From: Eledone cirrhosa
Lineage: Eukaryota
Assembly: GCA_964016885.1 (NCBI GenBank)
Contig: OZ024752.1
Location: 14,012,001-14,076,000, forward strand
Length of the DNA stretch: 64,000 nt
Direction: 5' to 3'
Shown: positions 1-13,470 of the stretch, piece by piece
How the letters are laid out: each line of letters begins with the position of its first letter
Numbering within the stretch: position 1 is the first letter of the stretch
The notes under the pieces: model-generated
Databases searched by the model: none
Told to the model about the DNA's origin: nothing
What the model saw: only the letters and a program-made list of their open reading frames with translations
Position numbers and translations under genes: made by a program

Positions 1-20
1 CGCCCTTGTTGCTACACATT

Positions 21-1043
21 TTATCTCCAGCCTGTATAGGTTGGCCACTGGTGTAGGAGGGAGTTTGTTGCTGCTGCCCTTAGGTTTCCCTCGTGTCTTG
101 CTGTGGGCTCATCCGGGATCCTGGATAACAAGGTGTCGAGATGTTTCTTAAAGACATCCACCTCCACGTCATGCAAGTCTCGCAGATGCCTCGGCAGCCT
201 GTTGAAGAGTTGAGGGCCCTTGAATCCCAGGCTATTGCAATACCTGCTCCTTATTCTAGATGTGGAAGACGGGACCTTTGGCACCACACAGTGACGTCCT
301 GTTCGACGGTTGGTCCAGCTCCCAATGCCAAAGTTTGGTGCTAGTCCCTCCAGGATTTTCCACATGTAGATCACTGCGTATCTCTCCCGTCTTCGCTCCA
401 AGGAGTAGAGGTTCAGTTCCCTCAGCCTCTCCCAGTAGCTTGTCTCCCTCATCTTGGCAATCCTCTTGGTGTAGCTTCGCTGGATTACCTCAAGCTCTGT
501 GGTTAGTTTGACACTATGGGGTGACCACAGCTGGGAGCAGTAGTCCAGGCGGCTTAGGACAAAAGTCCTCCACAGTGTCAACATGGTGTCTCGATCTCTT
601 GTAAGGAAAGTCCTCAAGATCCAGCCAGCGAATCGTCTACATGCTGTCGCCACCTTCATGATGTGTGAATAAAAAGATGCATCATCGCTCATGTCTATGC
701 CCAGGTCTCGTATCGATTTTGACACGGGGATATCGGTCCCTCCTGGTCCTGTGTAGCTGTGTTCCGCTATATTTGTGTTTGTGTTTGCAGGTTTGTATTG
801 TAGGGCTTGGAATTTGCCAGCATTAAACTGCATGTTGTTTTCTTCCGCCCATCTGTATATGGCATCCAGATCCTGCTGTAAGAGGGCAGCGTCAGCCGCG
901 TTTTTGATTGCCTGTGCTACCTTAGTGTCATCAGCATAGCTAGTGAGGGATGTTGTTGCATGCACCACAGAGGGCATGTCCGAGAGAGCCACCAAAAACA
1001 GTAGTGGTCCCAGGACTGTCCCCTGAGGCACCCCACTTGTCAT
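21..1043 (-). mobile_element. 5'-truncated non-LTR retrotransposon (CR1/L2-group-like), reverse transcriptase C-terminal half
   Basis: ORF with [35 protein letters not shown] and [11 protein letters not shown] motifs; 5' end abuts a (TA)n tract. Confidence 0.9.
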
Positions 1044-1054
1044 CGGTGTTTCCG

Positions 1055-1304
1055 TGTGTGTATATATGTATGTATATATATATATATGTATGTGTATATA
1101 TATGTATAATATGTATGTATATATATATATATGTATGTGTATATATATGTATAATATGTGTATATATATATATATATATATGTATGTGTATATATATGTA
1201 TAATATGTGTATATATATATATATATGTATGTGTATATATATGTATAATATGTGTGTATATATATATATGTATAATATGTGTGTATATATATATGTATAA
1301 AATA

Positions 1305-1378
<74 letters not shown>
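1055..1378. repeat. (TA)n/(TG)n compound microsatellite
   Basis: Seen directly; accounts for the YI-repeat ORFs. Confidence 0.95.
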
Positions 1379-1381
<3 letters not shown>

Positions 1382-1487
1382 AGTTAATTCCTCATTGACG
1401 TCAATATTATCAAACTGCAAGTGAGAGGAGTATCGAGCAAATAATGGAGTGAGGACATTTTAAGCTGTCCCCTTATATATACATATA

Positions 1488-2469
1488 CTAGCAGTGGTAT
1501 CCGGCGTTGCACGGGTAAGGTATTTTGGAACGCGGACCGCCAACAAACCTAATCGTGGAAAAACTGCATGCCTCGACAATATGTAAAGAAAATAAACTGA
1601 ATACTCTGATGGCTGGATAATCTTTAAGGTTTTCCCCGATGACGCAGGAAAGAAATACAGGTTTTCACCTAATGCAGGCCCTAGGGCACCAAGAAAATGA
1701 ATTTTTTTATGTTCATAATATGCCTTGAAATTTCGGGAAAATCGGCTAGACGTAACGCCAAAAAGCTCTAATAAACCGAAAAAATGAAGTTTTTCACCTA
1801 ATGCGGGTCCTAGGGGATCTAAAAGTCGAATTTTTTATGTGCATAACATTCACGAAATCCTGAAAGATTTGTCTTGAGCAAGGTTGGCAGAATAACCGGA
1901 AGCAGCAGACCGCCAGACATACAGACAGATATTATAAGGTTATTATTGCCACAACCACGGCTGGCAAAGAAGTAAGTGTCTGGTGGTACGTAACTAAGCA
2001 ACACTGGCTTAAAACGTGAGGAGGAAGTTGTGTGCACTTAGCAACTGTTTGGGGAATGAGTGTGAGATTTGTCTTGAGCAAGGGTGGCTGAATAACCGGA
2101 GGCAGCAGACACCCAGATATAAAGACAGATATTATAAGGGCGCGTTCTGGACGCATATGGAATTGTGGGAAGTGACGTAATGCAGACAGCCAGACATACA
2201 GATATTATAACGGCGCGACGTTATATGTATGTGTCTAGCTAAACAAGAAAAGGGAAAGACTAAGAATTATAGAGAGAGATCACTAAATCGCCTAATGCGG
2301 TCCCTAGGGCATGGAAAATTTGAAAAATGATTTGCTCAGAACACTCCCTGAAACATAAGTATTATATGTGTAAAGTTTGAAAAGGGTCGGTTGGGTGGTT
2401 CTCGAGTTTTGGGGATTCAAACTCACACACACACAGACAGACATCCTCAGTTTTTTATATATATATAGA
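1488..2469 (-). mobile_element. Non-autonomous Helitron-like element
   Basis: Minus strand begins a|TCTATATATA and ends cccgtgcaacgccgg hairpin...CTAG|t; internal ~200 bp duplication at 1865-2160; related 5' fragment at 28948-29180. Confidence 0.75.
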
Positions 2470-2546
2470 TAACAGGAATGTGTATAAGTGGAGATAACCA
2501 CTTAACTTATATTTAGCAAGATGATTAGAGGCTCAATGTGTCATGA

Positions 2547-2760
2547 TGGTTTCTGATGTAAGTACAAGGCCAGCAATTTAGGGAGAGGGGGAAAGTCGAT
2601 TAAATCAACCCGAGTACAACTCTGGTACTTTATTTTATCGACCTCGTAAAGATGAGAGGCAAAGCTAACCTCGGCGAGATTTGAACTCAGAACGCAAATG
2701 GACGTAACTATATCGTACAAATCATGTCTGGCGTTCTACCGATTGTGCCAACCCATCGAT
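2547..2760 (-). mobile_element. tRNA-derived SINE (older subfamily)
   Basis: Reverse complement of A box (tggca..cggtaga), B box (gagttcaaatc) and core cctttcatcctt..ggtcgataaaataaagtaccag. Confidence 0.8.
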
Positions 2761-3112
2761 ACTCACGAGTAATCATGCTAGTTAAACGAATCCCAGGTCT
2801 ATGGCGTAAGATCCAAACAAGTAACTATAAGCCGTCACTGAGCATGAAATATTGTTGAAAGATAAATATCCAAAGATTTCACTCAATAGAAAACGTTTTT
2901 TCTACGAACGTTTCAATTCAGGAAGGTAACTAAGTCGAGACTCGTGGTGTCCGAGGCACTTCAGTCACCTCCCTACTCCCTACCATTAACACGTGGAAGT
3001 TATTAAAGATAGAATTATATCTAGATATCTATATATTACATGGTTGCCGGGTACGGATCTGAACAGTTCGTCTAACCGCCTGCTTATCAAATGATGTCTA
3101 CATCTACCATGG

Positions 3113-3187
3113 TTTTTATCTGAAGAGAACATGTTTTGGATTATGTTATACATAAACCTTGCATCTTCGAAATACGTACAATAAAAT
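3113..3187 (+). ncRNA. Degenerate type I hammerhead ribozyme (PLE-type)
   Basis: ttttat-CTGAAGA-stem II-GAAA-tacgta-CA-ataaaa; the U of the cleavage triplet is mutated. Confidence 0.45.
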
Positions 3188-3239
3188 AAATTGGGGTGGT
3201 CTAAAGTAACTGTCGTTCGTTTATAATAAAGGCGTTAGA

Positions 3240-3420
3240 TTGGCAGTACCGGTAGAGGGTCGGACGCCTTGCTTTGCAGCATAGTTACGACTCTTTACGG
3301 TTTGAGTTCAAATCTCGACGAAGTTAACCTTGCCTTTCATCCTTACGGGGTTGATAAAATAAAGTACCAGTAATGCACTGGTTATTTGCTGGCCTAGTGC
3401 CAAAAGTAGAAACAATTATT
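3240..3420 (+). mobile_element. tRNA-derived SINE
   Basis: A box tggcagtaccggtaga, B box gagttcaaatct, conserved core, agaaacaattatt tail. Confidence 0.9.
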
Positions 3421-3583
3421 ATAACAAAACTAAGGTTAAATATATACTGCAAAGTGCGTGAAATCTGTTATATACAAGTCAGCTGATTCTAAATCAAATA
3501 ACTCTTTGTCATTGAACACACACACACACAGACACACACACCCACATCCACACACCCACACACCACACACCACACACCACACA

Positions 3584-5095
3584 CGATTAAGAAAGATCTG
3601 GTCATCGGAACTCTCTGCGCAAAACAAAACAGTGGCTCACAATGTGTTTGCTGTGCCTGTCCTAACACCAACGTTTGGAATACTCAATTGGACGATAGAC
3701 GAAATCCGAGCAGTTGGTGTTGGAACTCGAAAAATACTGAACAACACCGGAAACGTCCACATCAACAGTGACATAGACCGCCTTTACTTGAAACGTAAGC
3801 AGGGAGGCAGAGGACTAACATCAGTCCAGACAACATTTGAATGTCGCATCATATCTCTCCGACAACATCTACGAACCTCGAAGCGTAGGAGCCCGCTTCT
3901 CGAGCAAGTCTATCTGCATGACACAGATAAGATCATGAGAGTTGGGAAGGAACTCCTTGAGAGATATTCCCTGTGTGAAAATCAAAAACTCACACCCAGG
4001 GATGTCGCTCAGCAGTATCGCAGTGAATCCATGAATGAAAAACTGCATGCCTATCAGCAAAAATCATACATGGTAATGTTGCCAGGAAGCTCCAGAGTGA
4101 GAGTAATATAGATAAGGAAAGTAGTCTATCTTGGACCAACAACCGCTATATTGGCCCCCACTTTGAATGATACGCTTTTGCAATCCAAGAACAGGAGATT
4201 AGCATGAAATACCTGATTCACAAAAGAGATAGGGATGCAGGCAAAACACCTAGATGTGATAACAAGTGCAGACTCTGCAGAACTAACATCGAGGATATCA
4301 CCCATGCCATCAGCAGCTGCTCAAAGATGTCATCGCGGTACTATCTATCTATGAGGCATGATGTAGTGGCCAACACACTGTACAATGCAGTTCGTAAAAA
4401 AGATAGCCCCGATAATAAACACATTAAAAGCTACAACAATGTGGAAGACATCCATGTACATAATATGAAAGAGTACTGGTGGAATGTTCCAGTAAAACCC
4501 CCAATAAAATGCAGGCATAACAGACCAGATATTATGATATGGGACAGGGAGAAGAAAACATGCACAGTAGTGGAAATTAGCTGCCCAGCAGATGCCAATA
4601 TAATATCAAAGATTAGTGAAAAGGAGAATATTTATGCAGAACTGATGAGAAATCTGCAGATAGTCCACTCTGATTACACCTTCAGATTTATGCCTGTGAT
4701 TATTGGGGCACTGGGATATGTTAGTAACTGCCCCAATACAAATCTTGAGAAGCTAGGCTTCACAGGAACAGAAAGAACACAACTAGTTAGGAAATTACAA
4801 GTACAATCCATTAATGGAGCAGTAAAAATATGTAAAACATTCCAAAGATTTTGCATCTAATAACTGCATATACACATGTACAGATACAAAGCATATACAC
4901 ATGCACACATACAACTCAAAACATCCACATCCACACATACAATAATATCCATATCTACACATGCATGCATGCAGACATACATACATATCTACCTAGTTGA
5001 TGTTGTGTAAATTCCAATGAGAGAGTCTTGTGTCTATGTTAAAAACCGACTCTCTCTCTATTGGTAACACTTTGTGAAATTATAAAACCAGAAGA
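3584..5095 (+). mobile_element. 5'-truncated RLE-type non-LTR retrotransposon (R4/Dong-like), disrupted
   Basis: DIDRLYLKRKQGGRGL thumb motif, CCHC knuckle CRLC..H..SSC, RHD, RPD..VEISCP..K..Y restriction-like endonuclease; frameshift/stop near 4080-4170; 3' UTR hairpin at ~5013-5064. Confidence 0.85.
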
Positions 5096-5317
5096 ACACG
5101 CACGCACACACGCACGCACGCACGCACGCACGCTCATCCATTCACTGATAAAATAAGCTGTACAATGAAAGAGAAGGTAAACAATCAAAATGACACTAAA
5201 AATCTCCGACAAAATTCCGAAAGGAAGATAATTAAATAAGTCCAAAGGCCAAACAATAATTCTACAGCTGAAGACTATCCCGTTAATTCAGTAAACAAAA
5301 ATAAAACGATTATTAAA

Positions 5318-5500
5318 TAATTGTTTCTACTTTTGGCACAAGGCCAGCAATTTTCCCAGTAAATTACTGGTACTTTATTTTATCGATCCCGTAAGAATGA
5401 AAGGCAAAGTTAACCTCGGCGGGATTTGAATTCAGATCATAAAGGAGGTAACTCTATGCTTCAAAGCATAGCGTCCGACTCTCTCTACTGATAATGCCAA
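5318..5500 (-). mobile_element. tRNA-derived SINE
   Basis: Reverse complement of the SINE at 3240. Confidence 0.9.
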
Positions 5501-5914
5501 TTTTTATCTGGCTAATTAGATACAACAATATACATAAGAAGTCCTGGTATTATAATCAATTAATCTCTCTATACAAACAGGAAGATAAATATCCGAACTT
5601 CACGCAACTTATTAGCTTACATCAAATTGTTCTCCTCTACCTAGGCATTGCATCCGAAATATGATCAAAATATAAAGCTAACAATATACAATATAATAAC
5701 CACCATAATAATGTTTGATATCAATACTGTAACTATGAGATGTTGTCTACGGAATCAAATATTAGATATAAAAATACCCATCACATATATTTTCAGATAA
5801 ACATTATTTTTCTCTATAAATACTAATATTTTCATGCTCTGAATCACATTCTGCGTGACTTGGTTATTATAATTTATTGTAAAAAATTGAAGTATCTTTT
5901 GTGGTTATGAAAAC

Positions 5915-6157
5915 GGGAAGGGAAATGTAAGGGCTCTAGGGTCACAGAAGAATGGGGAGGGGGAAGTGGGACGGTGATGGGGTCTAGACCTAGGGCGTGG
6001 TGGTATTGGTTCTATGCACCGCAGACAAGACCGCAAAAGCATTCCCGCTAACAATGGCCAGCGACAGCCGCTGCAACAGCTACCCCACCTTGCAGGGCTC
6101 CTTCCTCAGACGGACTGCTAACGTTCCGATCTTGCGGAGGAGATCGTCAGTACGGCT
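5915..6157 (-). repeat. GC-rich interspersed repeat, diverged inverted copy of 9320-9545
   Basis: cttgcggaggagatcg vs cgatctcctccgcaag and further colinear matches. Confidence 0.7.
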
Positions 6158-6188
6158 TTTTCTAAAAGGAATGAATCAATATAAAATT

Positions 6189-6348
6189 AATTGTTTCTAC
6201 GTTTGGCACAAGGCCAGCAATTACCCAGTGCATTACTGGTACTTTATTTTATCGACCCCGTAAGGATGAAAGGCAAAGTTAACCTCGGCGGGATTTGAAC
6301 TTAGAATGGAAAGGGCTGTAACTCTTTGCGTCAAAGCATGGCGTCCGA
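6189..6348 (-). mobile_element. tRNA-derived SINE
   Basis: Core and B box on the minus strand. Confidence 0.9.
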
Positions 6349-6910
6349 TATATATATATATAATATAATCAATATAAAATTAATGGTAATGTGACTTTCT
6401 AGGGAAATGCCGTGTAACCTCTCAAATTAAATACCAATAGCCACTTATAATAGGTAATAAATATATCGAAAACTAAACATATCATATATAATTAGTTCAA
6501 AACCCGCCGAAGTTAGCCTTACCTGTCATCCTTACAGGGTCGATAAATTCCCCCTCTCCTTCAAATATATATATATATATATACACACACACTAATAATT
6601 AGGTATAATGTTATTTTACTAGCCGGTCGTTAAACTGTTGCATTACATACCTAAGTTATTATTTCATATATACATAGCCTGTGTAAATAGAATTCAAAGT
6701 TTCTAAAATTAAATTATAACTTGTAATTCATTCGTCTATACTAAAATATCCAGTATTTGATATTTCAAAGTCTACACGTCTATGAACTCGGAATATTCAA
6801 CCATTGTTAGTACTCATGGTTTGTGAGTAGATACATTTGTTCGTGTGTCGAATCCTTTGAATAATTACGAGAAGCGAGGAGAGTAAACTTGCAACTCTGA
6901 TTTTTTTAAA

Positions 6911-7090
6911 ATTTATTCTCGCCGTTTTGTCTAAGATCAAAGTGTAGTATCTGTCCTTGATCTGATACGGTCTCTATATGGGATCATCGATATTAAATTT
7001 GTTTTTTAGAAACAGGTGAAGAGCTAGGAGCTTGCTCCACCTTTACCATGGTTTGGCCTTTTATTACAGTACTTATTTGGTGACATGCTG
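6911..7090 (+). pseudogene. U2: U2 snRNA pseudogene
   Basis: ttctcgccgttttgtctaagatcaaagtgtagtatctgt (branch-point pairing GUAGUA), tctgatacg, Sm-like aatttgtttttt, taggagcttgctcc; a deletion and many substitutions. Confidence 0.85.
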
Positions 7091-7228
7091 ATTCTATGTA
7101 ACTTATATTCATCAAATTGTAACGCTATTTTCTGTTTCGCATTTTTTGTGCTTAACAAGTCACCCATGGGTGAATCTTATATATTGGAGGAATGCGAGAC
7201 TGTGTCAGGGATATGTTTTCTGAACACA

Positions 7229-7594
7229 TTATTAAAATAAGTTGGTGACTTGGCAGTATCGGTAGAGTTCAAATCCCGCCGAGGTTAACTTTGCCTTTCA
7301 TCCTTACGGGGTCGATAAAATAAAGTACCAGTAATACACTGATATAATTGCTGGCCTTGTGCCAAAATGTAGAAACAATTATTAAAATAAGTTGGTGACT
7401 TTGCAGTATCGGTAGAGGGTCGGACGCCATGGTTTGACGCATTGAGTTACGGCCCTTGCCATTCTGAGTTCAAATCCCGCCGAGGTTAACTTTGCCTTTC
7501 ATCCTTACGGGGTCGATAAAATATAGTACCAGTAATGTACTGGTGAATTGCTGGCCTTGTGCCAATAGTAGAAACAATTATTAAAATAAGTTGG
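7229..7594 (+). mobile_element. Two tandem SINE copies
   Basis: Copies at 7242-7382 (internal deletion) and 7392-7581; attattaaaataagttgg occurs three times at the junctions. Confidence 0.9.
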
Positions 7595-9319
7595 ATTTCT
7601 TTGAATAAATTATGAATGAATATTATATAATTTATCTACTAAATTTCGTAGCTGTTGATTAAACATAAATATTCGTATATATAATGATTGCTTATTTTAA
7701 GATTCACTTCTTAAAAAATGTTCAAATGTCAACACTTCCGGTTATGATTTAACGGACGATATATTATATCGCTTATATAAACATTCATATATTTGCATCG
7801 TTATATCATAATGTTTATATTTCCGTCGCTAATTTTCTCCATTTATGTTTTCATTACATTTCACCGTAATGCAGTTTATATAAAATATCGTCTTTTTTAA
7901 ATGTATCATGGATTACTTTACTGATTACAGAAGACAGTGTAACACAGACTCTCTTCAATTTCTGTGCATATTCTGTGTCAATTACGATTTTATTTGATGT
8001 ATCATATCTACATGCAAATATATTTGCGTATAATATCAACATGCACACTACACATGCTAGCAGAAAGCCACCCAATGATCTCTACTATAGGCACAAGGCC
8101 TGCAAATTTGAGGGAGGGGAAAGTAAATTAAATCGACCTCAGTGCATTACTGGTGCTTTATTTTATCGACCTGGGTGAATACTAATAATAGAATTTAAAA
8201 ACTACTTTTATACCTTGATTCCGATAGTGCAGATGAACTGATATTTTGTAGACACAACATATTTTCTTACCGATTTTTGTTTAATTTTCCATATTGTATC
8301 GAATATCAGGGATCGCATACATAAACCCACAACAGTCAATTCTGTCCATACACAAACGTAGATTTGACAGCAGTCAATTGTGTGCATACACAAACGTAGA
8401 TAGTATATATTGCGCAATTATAAGATTCATTATTTGATAGCCTTATTCAACATAAAACCGTAGCAATATTATAGAAGACAACTGAGGAGAGTTTAATTCA
8501 ATTTCCAATATTATCAAGAGAGTAATTAGTAAGGACGAATGTGATCTTCCATATATAATGGAATAATTAATTTGATCAGTCCATTGTTAGGATAAATGCA
8601 AATTCCTTTGGGTTAGTAACGAAGAATTCACAAATCTGATCTCTATAGCTTAAGGATTTTCTGATAATGTTTTTAATACACAAATTCATATGATTAAAAT
8701 TCTTGGAGTCATTCAGGAGATGGACAGATCGCTTTATTATCAACAACAAATCCCTCGCTGTGACAAATAATAATTATTTTAGTAATCCTCATGCAATTAC
8801 AAATCACCATGATAATACTGTATCATACGAAAGAGGACTACGTTGACCATGTATGCAACAATTCAATAAATATTTTCTTTTCTTAATGTTTGAATATATT
8901 GAAGTTTGAATATATGGCGCTGGAAACTTGTCACAGCATTCAGCACTTCAAAGAAAATTCTGTTAAAATAGTAAATGCTTCCCTTAATGTCGAATCTACT
9001 TTATTGTTCATTCACATTTCTAATTGTAACAAGGCGGTAGGCACTGCGGAATTCGAGCAGACAAAGACAATACACTTTAAAAAGATTATTCAGTCATTTG
9101 AAATACTGAATAATATACTTGAAATGGTTTTTCTCCTAGAAATGAGAGGTATCGCACTTCTCGTAATCGCTTGGATGTCGATTCCGTATTCCTTTTTGTT
9201 ATTTCCTTGTGCTATCATAACTTGTTCAAGCTGGATTAATAGTTTCTTGTCAGTATTTCTTTTCTATATGGTGTCTTTAATTCACTCCCATCGTCGAGAC
9301 CTCAGGCATACTTGGACCC

Positions 9320-9545
9320 TATATTGCCGATCTCCTCCGCAAGATCTGAACGTAAGCAGGCTGTCCGAGGAAGGAACTCTGCGAGGTGGGGTGGCTGTTG
9401 CAGCTGGTGTCGCTGGTCATTCTCCACGGGAATGCGGTCTTGTCCGAGGGGTTCAGCCCCAGTACCCCCGCACCCTAGACCCAGAGCTCATCACCTACCT
9501 CTTTCCATTGTTCTATAACACTAGAGCCCTTGTCTTTCCCTTCCT
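9320..9545 (+). repeat. GC-rich interspersed repeat (possible retroelement 3' region)
   Basis: Homologous to 5915-6157 in the opposite orientation; followed by a T-rich tract. Confidence 0.65.
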
Positions 9546-10149
9546 TTTTCATTTTTATATTCTCTTATTTTATATTCCATTCTTTCTTTTCAACCTATTT
9601 TTACTTTTCTATTAAATTGTTTTTACTATTATAAACTCCAATAAAGAATCATGATTTCAGGAGTTGGTAGCAGCATGAATCTCTGAGATATTTCATGTAG
9701 AGGAATCCCTAGTTAATATCACCAAGGTAATGGACAAGGGAAGAGTCTCAATGGAATAATTAAGAAACAACACTAGAGGCTTTAAATCACGTGGGCAGCC
9801 AATGTCCTATTAATCGCTCACTGCTCACATCGGTCATGTATGTATACTGCAACCAATGTCACCTCGACACACATGAGGGTATTTTCAATGTTTACCGTTG
9901 TCTACCATGTGGGAACTGCATAAATTTATATTTCTGTAATCAAAAACCAGTAGATAAAAATATTCATGCGGATTAACATGCTTTGTTGAGATTTCATCAG
10001 GCGAATGTCATTCTACAGTGGAAGTGCCGAGAAATTCTGCTATTGCCAGGATATATATTCTATTACCAGGAAGATGAATAACGAATTCAGTCCATCGTCT
10101 CCACCATTAACTTCCAAATATAATTAGGAATAATTTGTTTTGCAAGGTG

Positions 10150-10332
10150 TTTAGTATATCTATATGTTTAACTTTTGGTCAATCAATAATAAATATTGAT
10201 TGCCAGCTGAATTAATTATAGAAATATAAAACATACTGAAGCAAAAACCAACCCCAAACCAAACAGTGAGTGTGTTTTACTATATATTTCTGACAATACT
10301 ACAACAGGGCCCTCCCCAAATATAACAATATT
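10150..10332 (+). mobile_element. PLE terminal-repeat fragment (family of 11785-12231)
   Basis: ccaaacagtgagtgtgtt...ccctccccaaatataacaatat shared with 12150-12231. Confidence 0.75.
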
Positions 10333-10659
10333 AATAATTTCTCATTAATAACAATGATTTCAATAATTTGATCTATGCGAGTTGTAATATATGATTTTCA
10401 CATCAGTATATTCATGAAATTTCCGGATAAAATAGAATACTAATTCGTACGTGATTTGGGAAATATAGAGTAAGATATTTGTATATGTTGCGCACACAAA
10501 TCTAATGATTTCATACGGACATTCTTACACTTTGATATCTACCACCAAGACAGTTCTTCGTTGCTTTATTGATATAAATGTTAAAGATATCTCTCCGGTT
10601 AAGTTTTCTACGTATATGGGAAGAAACACAAACTGTTTGAATAACATCAAATCATAACT

Positions 10660-10667
10660 TATATATA

Positions 10668-10700
<33 letters not shown>

Positions 10701-11309
10701 ATATATATATATATATATGTGTATATATATGTATATATATGTATATATATGTATATATATATACATATATATGTATATATATGTATATATGTATATATAT
10801 ATACATATATATGTATATATGTGTATATATATGTATGTATATATATGTATATATATGTATATATATGTATATATGTATATATATGTATGTATATATATGT
10901 ATATATATGTATGTATATATATGTATATATATATATGTATATATATATGTATATATATATGTATATATATATATATGTATATATATATGTATATATATGT
11001 ATATATATATATGTATATATATATGTATATATATATGTATATATATATATGTATATATATATATGTATATGTATATATATGTATATATATGTTTATATAT
11101 ATGTATATATATGTATATATATGTATATATATATGTATATATGTATGTATATATATATGTGTATATATATATGTGTATATATATATGTATATATGTATAT
11201 ATGTATATATGTGTATATATATATGTATATATGTGTATATATATATGTGTATATATGTATATATGTATATATGTGTATATATATATGTATATATGTGTAT
11301 ATATATATG

Positions 11310-11382
<73 letters not shown>

Positions 11383-11384
11383 GT

Positions 11385-11417
<33 letters not shown>

Positions 11418-11783
11418 TATATGTATATGTATATATGTATATGCATATGTATATATGTATATGTATATATGTATATGTATATATGTATATGTATATATGT
11501 ATATGTATATATGTATATGTATATATGTATATGTATATATGTATATATGTATATGTATATGTATATATGTATATGTATATATGTATATGTATATATGTAT
11601 ATGTATATATGTGTATGTATATATGTGTATATATATATGTGTATATATATATATGTGTATATATATATGTGTATATATATATGTATATATTTATATATAT
11701 ATGTATATGTATATATGTATATATATATGTATATATGTATATATATATGTATATATGTATATATATATATGTATATATATATA
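10660..11783. repeat. (TA)n/(TATATG)n microsatellite, ~1.1 kb
   Basis: Seen directly. Confidence 0.95.
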
Positions 11784-11784
11784 T

Positions 11785-12223
11785 TTGTTTTGCGAGGTTT
11801 TTGATATGAAATCGTGTGTCGAAACAAATATTGTTATATTTGGGGAGGGTCATATTGCCAGAATTAATAACAGAACACACTCACTGTTTGGTTGGCTTTC
11901 GCTTCTGTATCATTTATATCAGTTAATTCATTCGGTCCTCAATGTTTACCATTGACTGACCAACGGTCAAAAATACAGATATAATATAGTACCACTGACG
12001 ATGTTGCAGATGTGCAACGAAAGAACTTTGTTAGACTATATATATGTGTTTGTGTCTATATTATATCTGTATTTTTGACCGTTGGTCAGTCAATGGCAAA
12101 CATTGAGGACCGAATGAATTAACTGATATAAAAGATACAGAAGCGAAAACCAACCAAACAGTGAGTGTGTTCTGTTATTAATTCTGGCAATATTATTACA
12201 TCAATATGACCCTCCCCAAATAT

Positions 12224-12231
<8 letters not shown>
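11785..12231 (+). mobile_element. PLE terminal fragment with inverted duplication
   Basis: Arms 11831-11989 and 12056-12231 are reverse complements; an HHR lies in the spacer; homologous to the GIY-YIG-bearing copy at 56698-57400. Confidence 0.8.
11990..12033 (+). ncRNA. Minimal type I hammerhead ribozyme
   Basis: tacca-CTGACGA-t-gttgca(gatg)tgcaac-GAAA-gaac-TT-tgtta. Confidence 0.7.
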
Positions 12232-12254
<23 letters not shown>

Positions 12255-12492
12255 GGAAAATGTTGTTCAAGACCCCGACGGCAGAGCTCAAGCCATTTCG
12301 ACGGCTATTTCTGGGCGGGGTCTTGAACATTTTCCTATGACCCACTCTACTAACCTAAGCATTGAGTACTCTGGTGCGTTATGGGCCATCTGGTACCTTA
12401 CCACACTTCATTCGTTATATATATATAACGGAATTGAATATACTGGAATTGAATAATCAAAACAGTAGCGGTATGTCGCATATCAAATCTTA

Positions 12493-12555
12493 TATTTTGT
12501 CTGATGAAAACGTACTTAAACACCATTGTACCTTTGAAATATGTATAATAAAATA
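12493..12555 (+). ncRNA. Type I hammerhead ribozyme (PLE-type)
   Basis: tattttgt-CTGATGA-aaacgtac..gtaccttt-GAAA-tatgta-TA-ataaaata. Confidence 0.75.
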
Positions 12556-12600
12556 TATATTTTGATTATGAGAATATTTTTCATTTATTAATATTTTACA

Positions 12601-12677
<77 letters not shown>

Positions 12678-12948
12678 TTAAAAGCCCATAAGCACTTATA
12701 TGCATCTATATCAATAACAATATTAATACCTATACAAATAAACGATATATGAGTACAAAGATATATTTAAAATTATCCACCTCATTTCTGACCCTGTTAC
12801 CGTGTGTCACAATATAAATTGTGGCTCATGTGAGTGACAAATATGTTTGGGTGGAGGTAGGCTTTGGAGAATTTTGTTACATAAACCAATAGTTATTTAG
12901 AATTTAGTGAAACAGTAGGGTCTCTGGAAACTAACAAAAATCGACAAA

Positions 12949-13090
12949 TAATTGTTTCTACTTTAGGCACAAGGCCAGCAATTACCCAATGCATTACTGG
13001 TACTTTATTTTATCGACCCCGTAAGGGTGAAAGGCAAAGTCAACCTCGGCGGGATTTGAACTCAGACGTAAAGGGACGTAACTATGCTGG
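12949..13090 (-). mobile_element. 5'-truncated SINE with target-site duplication
   Basis: SINE core; aaatcgacaaataat on both flanks. Confidence 0.9.
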
Positions 13091-13164
13091 AAATCGACAA
13101 ATAATGAAAGAAGTTCAAACACTGAAATACATTTTGAAGTAATGTTACTCGATTGAATCCGTAG

Positions 13165-13470
13165 CTCGGTGATCAGAGGGTCACTCCAGGTATATCTGCT
13201 ACTTGTCCGAATAGAGAGATCACAGCTCCGATACTATGGGCATGTGGCTAGAATCTCACAGGAAAGAATTGCTGGACAGATTTTACGTGCACAACCAATC
13301 GACAGAAGACCCAGAGCAAAATAGTTGGATAGCATCCATGAACTCTGCTGGTCTCACTTGGAGATCTAGCCGGATCAAATGGAGACGTTTGCTTCTGACA
13401 GGACCCGATGCCAGGAGTGTTTCAGGATCCTGTCCCCGCGACCCTCTCAGGAATAAGTGAACGAAGAAGA
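13165..13470 (+). mobile_element. RTE-clade LINE 3' fragment
   Basis: Encodes RIERSQLRYYGHVARI; shares the tail aggaataagtg..cgaagaa with 16400-16715. Confidence 0.75.

Noticed and set aside
8890-9615. 241-aa ORF
   Set aside because: Chimeric read-through of AT-rich DNA into a repeat; no motifs
10525-11955. Long YI/CI-repeat ORFs (also near 1040-1420, 33091-36718, 52294-52979, 55471-56120, 58809-62592)
   Set aside because: Translations of (TA)n/(TG)n microsatellites, not genes
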